A stretch of DNA of 57,439 bases, filler included, from Sphacelaria rigidula (taxonomy: Eukaryota), in NCBI GenBank assembly GCA_964200075.2. It is 8 parts of 8 records of this genome, joined end to end, with 100 filler letters (N's around TTAATTAATTAA, not from the genome) between each part and the next. Parts side by side here need not be neighbours in the genome. Positions count along the whole stretch, not along the records: positions 7,194 to 14,286 come from CAXNAA020016520.1; positions 14,387 to 21,479 come from CAXNAA020016521.1; positions 21,580 to 28,671 come from CAXNAA020016522.1; 5 more parts are not named here. One strand, 5' to 3'. Below are positions 11,655 through 24,767 of this stretch, one piece after another; within the stretch, counting starts at the first letter, position 1, and every line of letters begins with the position of its first letter. The notes under the pieces are model-generated. The model was given only the letters and a program-made list of their open reading frames with translations, did not search any database and had not been told where the DNA came from. The position numbers were made by a program, and so were the translations under genes.

Positions 11655-14286
11655 CTTCTCCACCAAAACTTGACTCCCTCCCCTCTTTTACCAGGATTAT
11701 CTTCGCTGCCCGACCCTCTCTAAGCTTGTGGGGCTTAGGGAAGGCCAGCCCCCCCCCATCTTCCTGGCGAATCCGAACGAGTAGCCGCCGAGGACCGCCC
11801 GGCTGCGTAACGATACGGCACGGTACTCGACGTTTCATCGTTTAATTTTTTAGATATCAGATGGATAACACCCCCCGAAACTCTACTTACAATCTTGATT
11901 CTCTCGACAGGGAGACATGAAACATTCATAAGCTCAACAAATACATAGTTAATTATATTTATTTTATATACAGTATTCTGATGAAATATGTTCCAGAACC
12001 GTTAGTACCGTGGTCAATGGGAGAATCGAGAGTAGAGAGTTCATGAAAGGGGTGTTATATCACGTAGCCTGTGCTCCTCGTCAACATCGCCTCCTTACCC
12101 TTAACGTTATTGTTGTATAGGGTTTATGAAGGGTCACTGTACCTCAATAGTGACTGCAACAGGCACACACAGGCGCATAACCAGCTTGGTCACAAAGAAG
12201 AGGGCACCGAAGCGTACGAGTGAACGAACGTAACATGAAGATATTTGCCTTGTTCGCGGGAGTGGTAACCCTGGTGTTCTGCCAGGTAGCCACGGTGTCG
12301 GGCTTCGTGGTTTCCCCTTCAGCATTTACTGGTTCAAATTTGGTAAGTCAGGTGTTCATGCTTGCCACATGCGATTGATGTGTTTGAGGGACTGGCTGAC
12401 GCGGAGTACACCCGGTACACCACCCGAAGTGTCAAGCAGAGTAGGGTGGCGGTAGCATACAAGAATCATGGAGCTTGCGAAGAGTTTGCATGAGAGTGTG
12501 TGTTTACCGGCGTCATTACTAGCTATCGTGGCTGTGAACATGAGGCTGTAGGACGTGTTGAGTTGAACCGCACTTGAGTCAAATGCATTCGCATGAGTCA
12601 TGTGCTTGTGAGGTGCGCAGCTCACCCCTCATGCAAGTGCTCAGAGCAACTCGGAATGGGCAAGCCGTGTTGAAGGGTTTGGCGATCATGTTCAAGGCGT
12701 ATCGCATGTTAAGCCTCTGATACTCGCCTTGGGGTACGACGGCGTACGTAAAGCAGCAACCCGGTGCAATGTGTGTGCTGGGTACCCCTAATGCCACTTA
12801 CACTGACGGGCAGAGTAACTCGACGAGGGTGCTACGTGCCATGCTGGCATCAACCGTACCAGACTGGTCCGTTGCAGATTTCAGTTCGCCTCAATGGTCG
12901 ATTTGTTCACGGCATGTACTGATATCCTCTGCTGATCACTGTAGTCCGGAATGGATACATATTCACTTCCCTGGCAGTGGGCCGCGGTGATATGATCTAG
13001 TGACTTCTGTAATGGGAACCGGTAAGCGTCATTCCCATTCTCCACAAACAACGCAGCACTACATGCGGCACCTTACCGTTCGCGCCCTCGCAGCCCTGAA
13101 GCACTACACGAGCATTCCAGCTCAACAACTTTCGCCGTGCACATGATGGGCACACACGCATCGCATGCTGTGCTGTACTATAATAGACAAGCTGTAAACG
13201 ATCGCCGCTAATCTGTGCTTATCTTACCCTAATGTTACCATGGAGGTAATGGGCGGTTTTGCGGCTACTGTACTGTTGTCACATACTGCTTGTTCCATAA
13301 TGATAATGGAGCACTGCCAATTGTAGCTTCCGTTCGATCACACCAGTACAATCAGAAGCACGTTTGAAAGGGCTGTTTGAAAGGGCTGTTGAGGTGCAAA
13401 AGTTCACGCTGCATGTAATGTACTGACTGTACTGCAGTTGTTACCCAACAATTTTGTGCGACGTCAACAGGGTAGTATTCGTGTCTCCATGCATCTACCT
13501 CATCTTCTCCATTTAACCACACATGTTGTACAAGTACTGTACTGCTCTGCGCAGGTTGCACAGCGATCGACAAAAGGACCCTGTAGCCGCATAGCTCGAA
13601 TACCACCCCCCCCCTCCCCCTCCTGAACAACACGCCTAGGAGATGATTGTCGGCCCTTTTTATCGTCATACAGAACAGTTTCCACCACGTTTCTGTAATC
13701 TGAAGTGCAGAGTCCCTCCACGGCGCGGTCGAGGCCACTCATCCCTATCGCGGCGGTCCGCTACATCATGATAGTTTCGAATAACGGTGCTTCACGAGAA
13801 TTGTGCGGGGTCCCCGCATAAGGCGATCATCCCGGGACGGCGGCCCGCCGCATCACGATAGGATCCCGGCATTACTGGTACGCGGAGTGATTGCAGTACG
13901 TTGTGCACGGTAGTGCCCTCCCTAAAAACACTGTAAAAAAATTATGGGGCCGCAAAAACCGACCACCGATAGATTTTGTACAGTTCTACACCCGGTGCAC
14001 ACGATAGGCATCCGAGTACGAACTCGGAGAACCCTTGCGTGTTTCGCTGCGCAACGGTTCCTACGTTGGTTGTAAGTTCACTAGCCCACTGAAATCAAAC
14101 GGGATGAAGAAGCTTAAGGAGCTGTGGTTTCGCGTCACGGCGTGTCGTGGGCGTGTCTGCAATTGCCGGGGAAAATGCAGGCTTACCGCTACGGTAGCGG
14201 TGGAGGGGGGGGGGTTGTGTCGAGGCCCAGCTAGGTATGAACGTGTCGGGGGGTTGTCTGACCCACCGTGATGCGAAAACAAGAAA

Positions 14287-14386
14287 NNNNNNNNNNNNNN
14301 NNNNNNNNNNNNNNNNNNNNNNNNNNNNNNTTAATTAATTAANNNNNNNNNNNNNNNNNNNNNNNNNNNNNNNNNNNNNNNNNNNN
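14287..14386. other. Artificial contig spacer
   Basis: Same 100-bp N/TTAATTAATTAA/N linker. Confidence 0.98.
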
Positions 14387-14544
14387 GTTGCCTCGCTTAC
14401 GCAGTGAGTGGCGGGTTCTATCGCGTCTGCGCCAACCGACGACAGACCCATCGGGGGTCCGCCCCTACAAAGCCGGGACGGAGCACGCCGGGTTCTCGCC
14501 GGACCAGGCTAATTGGTTTCCAGGGGGCGGGCAGGATGTTTTTG

Positions 14545-15850
14545 ACTGGGGGGTTGGGGGCCTGTTCGCAGAATACCCGAAAAGTTCACCAAGTCAACCA
14601 TGTGTGTTTGGAAGTTTCCCACGGAAAATTAAAAGCCAGGAACGAGGCCGGAGAGTGGCCATTCTGGCCAATCACGGCTGTATCAAAACGGTCACTCTGT
14701 TCCCTTACAGGTGGACTACTTGGCTGTCTATCCGTGTCTCTCATTTTGGCCACGACAATTCATTCCTAGATAACATAGGCACAAGTACCATGTTTTGTAC
14801 TCTACTCGTGGTCTGTGCCGCCTGCCTGACCCCTTTTGTGTTGCCGGCATTGGTTCACACTACTGTTGTTGTCTGTAGTATTGTTGTAGAATACTAAGCA
14901 GACATCAGCAGCATGAGTATATTATGTTCAGTGGAGAGCAATCGCACGCTGACTCTTTATTGCCTTATATTTAGCGAAGGCATACAATATATACATACTG
15001 ACTCTGCACGCAATAGGCTGCAGTGTCAAAGCCGGTCAGGGGTTCTTCGGGACTGTTTTCTAAATAAATGCCCAACATCCACATGATGACTATGTGTACG
15101 ATTCATTCGTGCCGCATGAATGGTAGATTGGAAACATGTAAGAAGCGTGGTTAGTTGTTGGTTAATGCCGTATGAACCGTACACCTTAGGTGGAAAACAC
15201 TGTACGTATGATTCGTAGCTCATGAACGACGGGCGGAAACATCGTGCCACATATGGGGTTCAGAACAGCTCTTTTCTCGCTACACAGAACGCCTTTTTTC
15301 ATAATTATGTGGATCCTGGGTATCTATATAGGAAATAGTTTCGGAGAACCCCGGTTTTGACTGTGCAGTCTCTGTAGCATGCAGAGTCAGTATGTGCCTC
15401 CGCTGGATACGACGGCGAGAAACAGTCAGCGTGCCATCACTCTCGACTGAACAGAATTAACTGCATGCTGCTCATGCCTCTGCTTAGTGTTCCCCAACAA
15501 CACTACAGTGTGAAGCTGTGTTGGCAACACGGGAAGCATCAGACAGGCGGCACAGACCACGAGCAGAATAGAAAACGTTATTTGGGTCCATGTCATCTCT
15601 GGTTGAATTGCCATGAACAAAATGAGAAATACCGTTAGACAACGAATCAGTCCACCTGCAGTCCACCTATAGGGAATCATATTGACCATTTTGACGGCCG
15701 TGATTGGTCAGAAGGGTCATTCCGCGCCTCTCGGGCCCCGTTCCTGGCTTAGAATCTTCCATGGAAACTCTCGAACACACATGGATGACTTGGTGAGCTT
15801 CCCGGCTGCTCTGCGGACAGAATCCCCACCCCGCCCTCTCGAAACCCCCG
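14545..15850. repeat. Long diverged inverted repeat (foldback), arms ~14545-15080 and ~15315-15850
   Basis: catactgactctgca at ~14994 pairs with tgcagagtcagtatg at ~15380; ctcgtggtctgtgccgcctg at ~14805 pairs with caggcggcacagaccacgag at ~15544. Confidence 0.75.
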
Positions 15851-16358
15851 GATGTCTCTGGACTGTCAGTCTGTGAAACTGTTCCGAGGCGACGCTCGCT
15901 GTCTGAGGGTTTACTCATGCCGCATAAATGAAAGGTGAGAAACATAAAACATGCACGCTATGATTCATGCCGTATAATGCATAGGTGGAAAACATATGCG
16001 TTTCATTCATGCCTCATGAATCACAGGTGGAGAAAAGATACGTCCATAACGTTCTGAACAGCAAGTGGGGAAGATTTTTCAGATGGTCCATGCTATGTAA
16101 ATCACAGGTGAAGAACATGCACGTTGATGAGGAACGAATCACCAGTGGGGAGCGAGAACGAATCACGATCCTTGTAGGAATCGAGATTGCTTCGTGCATA
16201 CAACCGAGAAGTCACTACGCACAATTTGCACCGTGTAGCCCGTACCTTGAACTACTTATTCCATGATTCTGCGTAGTGGTACGATACCGGCTTTCATCCA
16301 CGCGTGGCGTGAGAACCAGATATTCCTCGTATCTTTTGAACAAGGGCGCCGTTTTCAG

Positions 16359-17024
16359 CAGGGCTCGTGACGGTACTTCGGGATGGGACGGGACGGGACG
16401 AGAACTCACGTCCGCCGGAAGGCCATGGGACGGGATGGGGCTGTTTGCACATGACCGAAAAAGCAACGCGGCGGGATACGACCGTTTCCCCGTCGCCAAA
16501 AAATGACGTGACGGAACGGAAACGATTTCCCGCTGCCAAAAAAATGACAGAACAGGACGGGAACATCTGTGTAACTCCTCAAAAACGAGCTCTACAAAAC
16601 CATAATTCTGCTCATGAAAAAACGACCGCCGGTGTTGAGGTACAACGTTTGATAACAGCAATTAGATGAACTTGTGATTGCGACGGGCAAGCAGTCCCGT
16701 CCCGTCCCGTGCCAAAGTAAATCAAGATTGGGCTGAAGAAGAGACCGGGATCTGAGAAAAAATAAAAGGCTGCCACATCCCACATGCGTAAAAGGTGCAC
16801 TCATGTTCCCGTCAGATTCGATGGTAGTTCCAGTTTTGTAGACGGGGAATCTCCTCCAATTTGACGAGAGTTTCAGTGAAAAATATCGGGAAGTTTTCCG
16901 TGAAGTTGGGACGGTACGAGAACTCTTCCCGTCGCATCAGGACGGCACGTGACCCTTTTCCCGTCGCCAATAACACGACGGGGCGGGACGGGAATTTCGG
17001 TCCCGGCTCGTGCGATTGCCCCTG
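16359..17024. mobile_element. Probable non-autonomous hAT-like element with GGGAC subterminal repeats
   Basis: CAGGG...CCCTG ends; many GGGACGGGAC / GTCCCGTCCC motifs; no clean TSD seen. Confidence 0.45.
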
Positions 17025-17779
17025 CGGCTTTTACCCGCGAGAAACCCTGACGTTCAGCGAACCACAAGAAATACATGGTCGCTGATCACATGAGATTGGA
17101 GAAAGGACACCCCGCCCACCCGCCCCCAAAAATGCTGTGCACACTTGCTGTCTTTGCATCAATAGGAATACAAAAGTAGCATCACTCTGTGATATAATGC
17201 GAGCTGTTGACAGTCCAACGTTCAGCTCTTCATACTACACCAGAGAACAACACAATAGGATATCTATACACTTACTGGCGAGGAAGAGATGATGGGAAAA
17301 ACAACGAATTAAGACATTGAAGCTCGCAGAACTGCAGTGATCCAGAGTTCACGCTGAAAATTGAATTTCCGCTGCTTGCCCCATCCCAATCATACCAAAA
17401 CATTCGCCACGAATCAGACTACGATATTACTGCCCACCACAATCAGCCACAATCAGCAATGGGTGCGAAGATTTGAAAGCTGACCCCTCCCCCCCGCCCC
17501 GCCCCGCTCTCCTCCCCCTTTCAAAAAGCTGCATTAGAGTAGACTCACGCTATTATACCGTGACGGCTTTACATTCCGCGGTACTGAACCGCTCGCCGGA
17601 CAGGAATAGATGCCCACAAAATTATCGACAAAAACAGAACAAGTGTGTCGTGCTGGGGCTGCTCAAACTCCGTTTCTATCCTGCCTCGAAACTCTATCTA
17701 TTCCCCCCGAACAAGAAACAATGAATACCCTCGTGATTCCGCTGGAAACTCGAATCAGTCGTCATTCCCGTGATCATCT

Positions 17780-19110
17780 CCCTGCTTACCTCCTCCCTCC
17801 TCGGCGCTGGACTCGTCACTGTCATCGCCATCGCCATCGCCATCATTATCGTCACCCCCCTACTGCACGGACCACTCAGGGCGTTTGATCGTGCGTGCGG
17901 AAGGGTTGCTCAGTCGGTCAGGCACGGTAGCCAAGGCTTGGGCATCCGACAGCATCAGCACCTCACTTAGGTGCCGGAGTACCTGCTGTGAAGAGCAAGC
18001 GCCATCTTGTTGTACGCGGCATTCTATAGGGTGCGGCACCCGGTGATACGTCACTCTGCGGTGCTGAAGTCGCACTCCAACACGCCCGAAGATGCCGGAG
18101 GGAGACTGACACTCGGGCTGCGCGCGTAGTACGCGAGTAGACCCGTGAGCTCTCTCAGGACCAGTACTCGGGAATAAGCGAGATGGACTTCGTAATGAGG
18201 CTCTCCTCCTTCGTGAAAAGTTTTCTCTCTGTCTTTGGCGCCGGTCCCACCGGACTGTCAAGGAGGGTGTCGCCGAACAGCCCGCTTTCGAACACACGTT
18301 CCGTCTCCCCCGATGCTGCCTTCGCACTCATGGAAGGCACGGCGCTATAGCCCCTGCCGAGACGGTTCTTCTTTCTGGCGGGGAGGTCCTTCCCCGCTGG
18401 ACCACTGTTGGCGAGGCGGGCCGGTATGCGGGGTCCACGGCTCGATGCACACACCTCAATCATCTCCGCCACAAGGTCGAAAATCTTCTTGACAGCAGTT
18501 CTCACGCGCTCAGCCATCGGGTTACCGCTGCGGACAGCGGGTAGGAAGGGCATTGCGTCGAGGAATGGCTTCATGTTCGCTACCGCTTCGAAGAGGAAAC
18601 CGGACTTATCGCCCCGGACGTCCATGTTGTATCGCTTGATGAAGCGCTTGTCGGACGCCGCAGCCAGCACCCTCCTGGTCTTGATGGTCACCACGTAGAC
18701 CCGTCGCCTCCCGCACAACAGCTTGCGCCGGCGCAGACTGGGTGTTCGCCGCTGCTGCCAACTGTTGTCTGGGAGACTGAATGTAAAGGGACCTGCCTTC
18801 CCTTAGCAACGAAGCCCTGATTGTCGCCAGATTCAGGAGCGTCGCTACCTTCGTCAGTATCTCGGTCCTCTGAGTGTCCTGTAATAAGGCCAAAACAGAC
18901 TTGACCAATGAGAATAGCTCCTCGATGTTTGCCTCGGAAGTGGTCAGAGGGAGTGCGATCATCTCACGTTCGGTGTAGTGGAGCTCAAGCGCCTGCGAGC
19001 TCGAGAGCAGTCTTGAGTACCTCACAAGTAGAGGCTTACCGGCCAGGGACGCCATTGATAGCGTCTTGGGGTTGCTGTAGAACACCGTATGGACGTCTTC
19101 GAACTTGACG
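17780..19110 (-). pseudogene. Degenerate hAT-superfamily transposase (C-terminal half)
   Basis: Frameshifted ORFs 19085-18606 and 18718-18155 lead through IPEYW into ELTGLLAYYARSPSVSLPPASSGVLECDFSTAE*RITGCRTL*NAAYNKMALALH (~18150-17985). This matches the hAT dimerisation motif PASS..ER.FS.AG..IT..R. An acidic tail follows. Confidence 0.75.
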
Positions 19111-19144
19111 TGAACTTTTTGCTACCGAAGCTTGCGCACACGGG

Positions 19145-19688
19145 GTGGAGTGTACTCATGGTCATGCATGCCACAATTATCTGACCATTGACCTCGCATC
19201 CCTGCAAAGACGGGACGGAGGACGCCGGGTTTTCGCCGGACCAGGCTCGCATTCAACCACCAAGCGCGAAGCACCGTGGTATGTTCGGCGAGTCGCATGA
19301 AGGGTGAGCTGAATCCTGCTAAGATTATCTTGCATTTGGATCGCAGTCTACAATGAGTTGCTTTATTGCCTGGTATCGCCACTTCCAGAGACAGCCACGG
19401 CTTACACACTGCCTCATGAGTGTCTCACCATTTAAACACTACGTTGTACGATCGTCCTCATTGTGCGGACGGAGTTGAGGTTCTCCCACGCCGCACAACA
19501 TGATCTAGCTCGACTACCATCATGGTTACCGCAAAAAAACGCAAGCGCGCAAAAGAAACGGTAAGCTGGTTGCCTAACGCAGTGAGTGGCGTGCTTTATA
19601 GCGTCATCGCCAACCGACGCCAACCCCATCGGGGGTCCACCCCTGCAAAGCCGGGACGGAGCACGCCGGGTTCTCGCCGGACCAGGCT
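19145..19688 (-). repeat. ~550-bp dispersed repeat bracketed by oligo-C (copy 1)
   Basis: Reverse-complement homolog of 24201-24767, with an internal ~35-bp direct repeat. Partial copies at 7194-7265, 14387-14508 and 22205-22262. Confidence 0.8.
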
Positions 19689-20899
19689 GGGTTGGGGGAA
19701 GCGAGGGGGGATTGTGGCTTCTCCGGTCATGCTCCACATCTCTGAACGGGTCAATTGATTACTGAGAATGCTGATTGAATCAAATGCTAGCGCTTAGTCG
19801 TTGCCGCACAGAACTCAGCAGGATCAAGAGAAAGCGAATAACAACATGTCGTGACCAGCAGCCAATTCACGATTGCAAGCCAAGTCATTTGCAACATTCA
19901 AGGTGTGGTTGACATGAAGCCATCAGCAGCTCCTGTGAGCACAAATATAAACTCTAACAACTAGCGACACAAGTAAATGCTGTATAAGTGCCACCTAGAA
20001 AAAGCTTTGAAATAATCCGTTATCGGTCGATAAAAAGTGAGCCCCGACGCCCCTTGGGCGCGCCCGATACAGGGGTGCGAAGAGAGTTTGTACCAATAGT
20101 CATGCATGGGTTCGAAGGGGGCGGGGATTTGCCACACCAAGTCCTGACCTAATCTTGGAGTAAAATATTCAAATCGGAACATGAAAAGCAGGGAAAGAAA
20201 CATGAACACCCAAGGGTCGAAGCTGTGGACGGTTTAGTAGCAATTATCAAGTATAGCGCCAGAGAAGCGTGGGGGGTCTGGATGTGTCGGGACGATGGGC
20301 GCTTCAGATGGACCCCGGACAAATATAAAATATATCGCGGAGACAGGGAGTGTACCGTTGGCACATGACGCATACAGCTGTCAAGTGCACAAATTGAGGG
20401 TAAAGCCGAAAGCAAGGGGCGAGCAGCAGGCAGCAGACAAAACGGTGAAAGTACCTCTCTTCAGCACTACCTGCCGTCTAACAAGACCCGTGCAGCCTGT
20501 ATCAGATACAGCCATGAGACCAACTATGTCCAGCAAATCGCCCTATCAGACGGAAACAAGGCATGCATACCCATTTTTTTCAAATCATGCTGATATGGTA
20601 CATGATTTCGTATCAAATCGGTACACATTGATGCGGGCACGTGTCCGACGAGCATGAGAGTTCCCAGTACCCAACCAAAGTAGTTAGTATATGATGTCAC
20701 GCCCAGGTGCGAACTTGCTCACCCTTGTGTACGCGCCACCTCCATGTTGTGACTCAGTCGATGTTATGTGCATGATGTGTATGAGAGAGAGCTGTGCCTT
20801 CAAAAATCTCACATTTACCCTCTATAGAAGGCGCTGGCACTTTGCAATGAGCTTGCTTGTTGGTCCCTTCCTCTGATGCCCGTGCTTCGTTTACTCCAG

Positions 20900-21068
20900 G
20901 GTGCTGGAAAGCGTATCTTTGGATGCTAACGACGTTGTGTTAGACCTTGGATGCGGCGATGGGCGATGGCTGATCGCTGCAGCGCTGAAGGCCGGATGCG
21001 TCTGCCGAGGCTTCGACCTTAACGAGACATTGCTTGCTAATGGGCGGCGAGATGCCGACCAATCAGGG
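20900..21068 (+). CDS. Internal exon of a class I SAM-dependent methyltransferase
   Basis: ttactccag acceptor, GTGAGC donor; encodes VLESVSLDANDVVLDLGCGDGRWLIAAA..CRGFDLNETLL (motif I DLGxGxG and post-I acidic residue). Confidence 0.85.
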
Positions 21069-21479
21069 GTGAGCTACATAGACATGTAGTCAATGAGTTT
21101 TGACACCTGTTAGGGTTTAAGTGCTGTCCACTTGATTTCCAAGCGCTGACACTCGACCCGCCGGAAGTTCGTGCACATGCCCTTGCGTAAGACACCCTTC
21201 ATCATACAGTGGAGAATTCCTGCATTGCCGAAGACCCGCGCTTTTTACAGCACGGCTCCTCGATATAGAAAGCCTTGCCGCGGCATCACTATTCTGCTGG
21301 CCCTTCGAATTTTGATAACACAAATGGCCACCACGCCCTGGTCGTGTCATTGATAAAAGTGACACCGATTGGGTTGGAAGAGTTCGGGTTCCATTCCCCG
21401 CAGGTGGAGTTTTTTTTCTTCGGTGAATATTTGATTTCCCTTGTTGGTAACGTGGGGATGACACTTTCTACGATAGCCT

Positions 21480-21579
21480 NNNNNNNNNNNNNNNNNNNNN
21501 NNNNNNNNNNNNNNNNNNNNNNNTTAATTAATTAANNNNNNNNNNNNNNNNNNNNNNNNNNNNNNNNNNNNNNNNNNNN
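21480..21579. other. Artificial contig spacer
   Basis: Same linker. Confidence 0.98.
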
Positions 21580-21637
21580 CACGACCCAACCGTCAGAAGG
21601 TTTCGAGGTTACCAACTGCGCCACCGGGGCGACCGGC
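21580..21637 (-). mobile_element. Head of a second copy of the same SINE, cut by the contig edge
   Basis: Near-identical to 22711-22768. Confidence 0.8.
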
Positions 21638-22409
21638 TCTAGATGCACAAGAATATGGGTCAGGGCATCCCCGTTTGTGAATTCATTCGGGATATCCCTA
21701 TTATAGCTTATTGGAATAGTAATCCTGGCGTACTTTCACATATTTCATAGGTTGCGTCTTGGATGAGATGAAGCGCTCTTAACAATTCTAACCTCGGAAA
21801 GTATTTCTGCACCCCTACCGTAGCATCACTCTTTGCAAAGAGCTCCCGGGAGAGGCTTTAGGGGATGAGGACTTGCTTCCTTTTTGTTCCATTCCGAGCT
21901 TGTCTTCCCGTTGTCCCGAAAAAAAACCCCAGGAAATAAAACGCACTCAAACCCATCCGAACCCTGCAGGTGTCATCATCTATCCCTACCGAACGATACT
22001 GTATTATTGTTGTAATACATGCAGGTACCAAAACATTTAGTTTGCCCTCCTAATGAGCCACCAACGTAATTTTGTCCTGTTATGAAGACTTTGGTAGACA
22101 GTACACTGGTTTTTGCGGCCCGCTCAAATTTTTGTGAGTGTGTTTGTTTAGGCTAGGATCGAGGCAGGCTTCGAAGTCCCCGACAGTGGGCGGTTCTACC
22201 GACAGTGGGGGGGGGTGTACTCATGATCATGCCTGCCATAGTCATCAGACCATTGACCTCGGGGGGGCTGAGGGTCAAAGTGCGACGGCAAGGGTGAAGA
22301 GGAGAATAATCTAGTGTTCGCAGCCCGTGTGCCATTTGGTATTTCGTACATTCGGGTATTTTGAGGAATGGAACCCCAAGTACCCAACATTTGGGTAGAG
22401 TGTTGAGAT

Positions 22410-22768
22410 GATGTGTTGTGTTATGTTGTCCCATCTACTCTGCGCGCCGGTCTACACCTTTCGGTATACGTGGGCGCATCAGCCGGGGTCACACAGGAGG
22501 AAGGTCAACACAGGAGCTTTTTCTTTTCTATTTGTTTTTAGTACACCGTCCTTCTGCGGTGCTTACCTTTCTTTTTTATCGCGAGAAGGGTTCAGCAGTC
22601 CCTTTCCCTCGTCGACCATCAAGTCGAATTTTGTGAACACACGGCATGGTCGCTCTCCACTGTTGGGCATGGCGTGAGAAAAAATCCCAGATCGCTCCGA
22701 CAATTGAACCCACGACCCAACCGTCAGAAGGTTTCGAGGTTACCAACTGAGCCACCGGGGCAAGCGGC
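22410..22768 (-). mobile_element. tRNA-derived SINE, apparently full length
   Basis: Head GCCCCGGTGGCTCAGTTGGTAA (A box) ... GGGTTCAATT (B box), ~270-bp body, ACAAC-like tail. Candidate TSD gttgagat (22402-22409) / gtcgagat (22769-22776). Confidence 0.8.
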
Positions 22769-23950
22769 GTCGAGATATTGTATCATTAATACTTCGGGCA
22801 AATATCGAGTAGCGTAAAGCCATCCTACCTGACTATACTCGATATTTGGGGTAGAGTTTGGGTGTAGATCGGACCATCGCAGCACAAAACATAGGCGGGT
22901 AAGGACCTTGATATTTGCCCTACCCAACGAACACTCTTGGCCATATGGAAGAATCAAACCGACTTCTGGCAACATGAGTTCAGTGTTTGAGAAACCCCCG
23001 CAAAGCACCACGTGTGCGGCACTAAGTTTCATATCGATGCTGCTGTACAATTTCCCCGTATGGTTCACGGTACATGAGAGGGGGTACCATGGGGAGGCAC
23101 GAGAGAGAGACGAAATGAACTGGGGTCATGATCCAAATCGCTGCCTCGTGGTGAAGAGGAAGGTCGACGTCACAGATTGGTACTTACTTTCGTGCCGAGA
23201 AAAAGTCATGATTTAAGTAGTACACATGACCGCTGCATCATGACACTTGCGTGAAGGAAAAACAAAGAAGAAAAGGCAAGAATCTGAAGATTTTCATGTC
23301 TCCTGTCCTGCAGTTCTGCCTGCCGAGCCCCAGTGCTCTGAATCATAATGGTGCAAATGGAACCTGTTGCACCGAAAATTTAAGGTTCGTAATTCCGGCA
23401 GATGTCTAGGGGATTTCTCTGAGAATTTTCTGATATCTGTCGTGGAAGCCGCGAAGATATGAGCAGAAAAGGACGTTTATTTTTGGTGAGAGCCGACGCG
23501 GTGTGTGGGAAGTGCCTATGATGATCTATTCCGCGATGCCGGAGTGCAAGGCGTCTAGCGGGAGGAAGATGGTTTGATCCGTTGACACGTGACACCACAG
23601 ACTCGTCGTCCCGGGAGAGGTGGGGGGGGGGGGTACTCCTTTGTTGCTTGCCTTAGCCGTTTGACCATTGACCACGCATCCCCTTCAAGACGGAGCAGAG
23701 AGATAGGAGAGGGGCTGGAAACTACGGTGGTTTCCAGCTGAAATGGGAGGATTTTTTTTTGGAGCCGGCGATTTTCAGTAGTATTTTCGCGTACCATCGC
23801 TCGTCCCAGTGAGCCTTTTATCCCGAAGTTTGGGGATCGTGAGGTACTAGGCACCTGCTCCACGTTCGGAAACATCATATCTACACTCAGTTTTGAGCAA
23901 GATGACAAAATCGCCGCCTACCAGGAAAAAAGGGGAAAATACTCATTGCT

Positions 23951-23957
23951 ACACACA

Positions 23958-24022
<65 letters not shown>

Positions 24023-24024
24023 AC
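23951..24024. repeat. (CA)n microsatellite
   Basis: Directly visible. Confidence 0.95.
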
Positions 24025-24087
24025 CGTGCCATTTTCTGCTGCGCCATGCTAATATTTCCCGCACATTTGCGTCTTGGTTCCGAACAG

Positions 24088-24140
24088 GGCCTGGCTTGCA
24101 TGCGAACGGTGAAGGAGGCGGAGCGCGCACGACTACAAGA
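24088..24140 (+). CDS. Possible isolated short exon (GLACMRTVKEAERARLQE)
   Basis: aacag acceptor and a strong GTAAGT donor; no recognisable domain. Confidence 0.35.
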
Positions 24141-24200
24141 GTAAGTGACATAACAATCCATCACCCGAACATTAACCTCTCTTCACCCCGCCCCCCTCCC

Positions 24201-24767
24201 GCCTGGTACGGCGAGAACCCGACGTGATCCGTCCCGGCTTCGTAGGGGCGGATCCCCGATGGGGGTGTCATTGGTTGGCGATGACGCTGTAAAACACGCC
24301 ACTCACTACGTAAGCTAGGCAACCGGGTTACCGATTTTTTTTTTCGCGCTTGCGTTTTTTTACGGTAACCATGATGGTGGTCGAGCTAGATCATATTGTG
24401 CGGGGTGGGAGAATCTCAACTCCGCTTAAAGGAGGTGATTGTACTACGGAGTGTTAAAACGGTGAGACACCCATGAGGCAGTGTATAAGCCGTGGCTGTC
24501 TCTGGAAGTGGCGATGCCAGTAAATGAAGCAACTCATTGTAGGCTGTCATGCAAATGCACGATGATCAGCAGGCTTCGGGCCGAATACTCTTTGCAGGTT
24601 GCAGCTTACCCTTCGTGCGACTCGCCAAACACACAACGGCGCTTCGCGCTTGGTGATCGAGTGCGAGCCTGGTCCGGCGAAAACCCGGCGTGCTCCGTCC
24701 TCCCGTTGTAGGGAAGCGAGGCTAATGGTCTCATGACTTCGGCATGCACGATCATGAGTACACCCCC
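24201..24767 (+). repeat. ~550-bp dispersed repeat bracketed by oligo-C (copy 2)
   Basis: Starts GCCTGGTACGGCGAGAACCC, repeats that block at 24667, and ends ATCATGAGTACACCCCC. Confidence 0.8.

Noticed and set aside
12620..12745. Possible exon containing GFGDHVQGVSH, reminiscent of a fucosyltransferase motif
   Set aside because: Short match with no supporting neighbouring exons
15912..16110. CRISPR-like array
   Set aside because: Repeats are degenerate with irregular spacing, the context is eukaryotic, and there are no cas genes
21580..21637. Functional tRNA gene
   Set aside because: The full copy has no acceptor-stem closure and continues into a SINE body
22240..22262. CTGATGA in the oligo-C family as a hammerhead ribozyme core (also 47624 and 48892)
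   Set aside because: Not conserved among copies, and no correctly placed GAAA or stems
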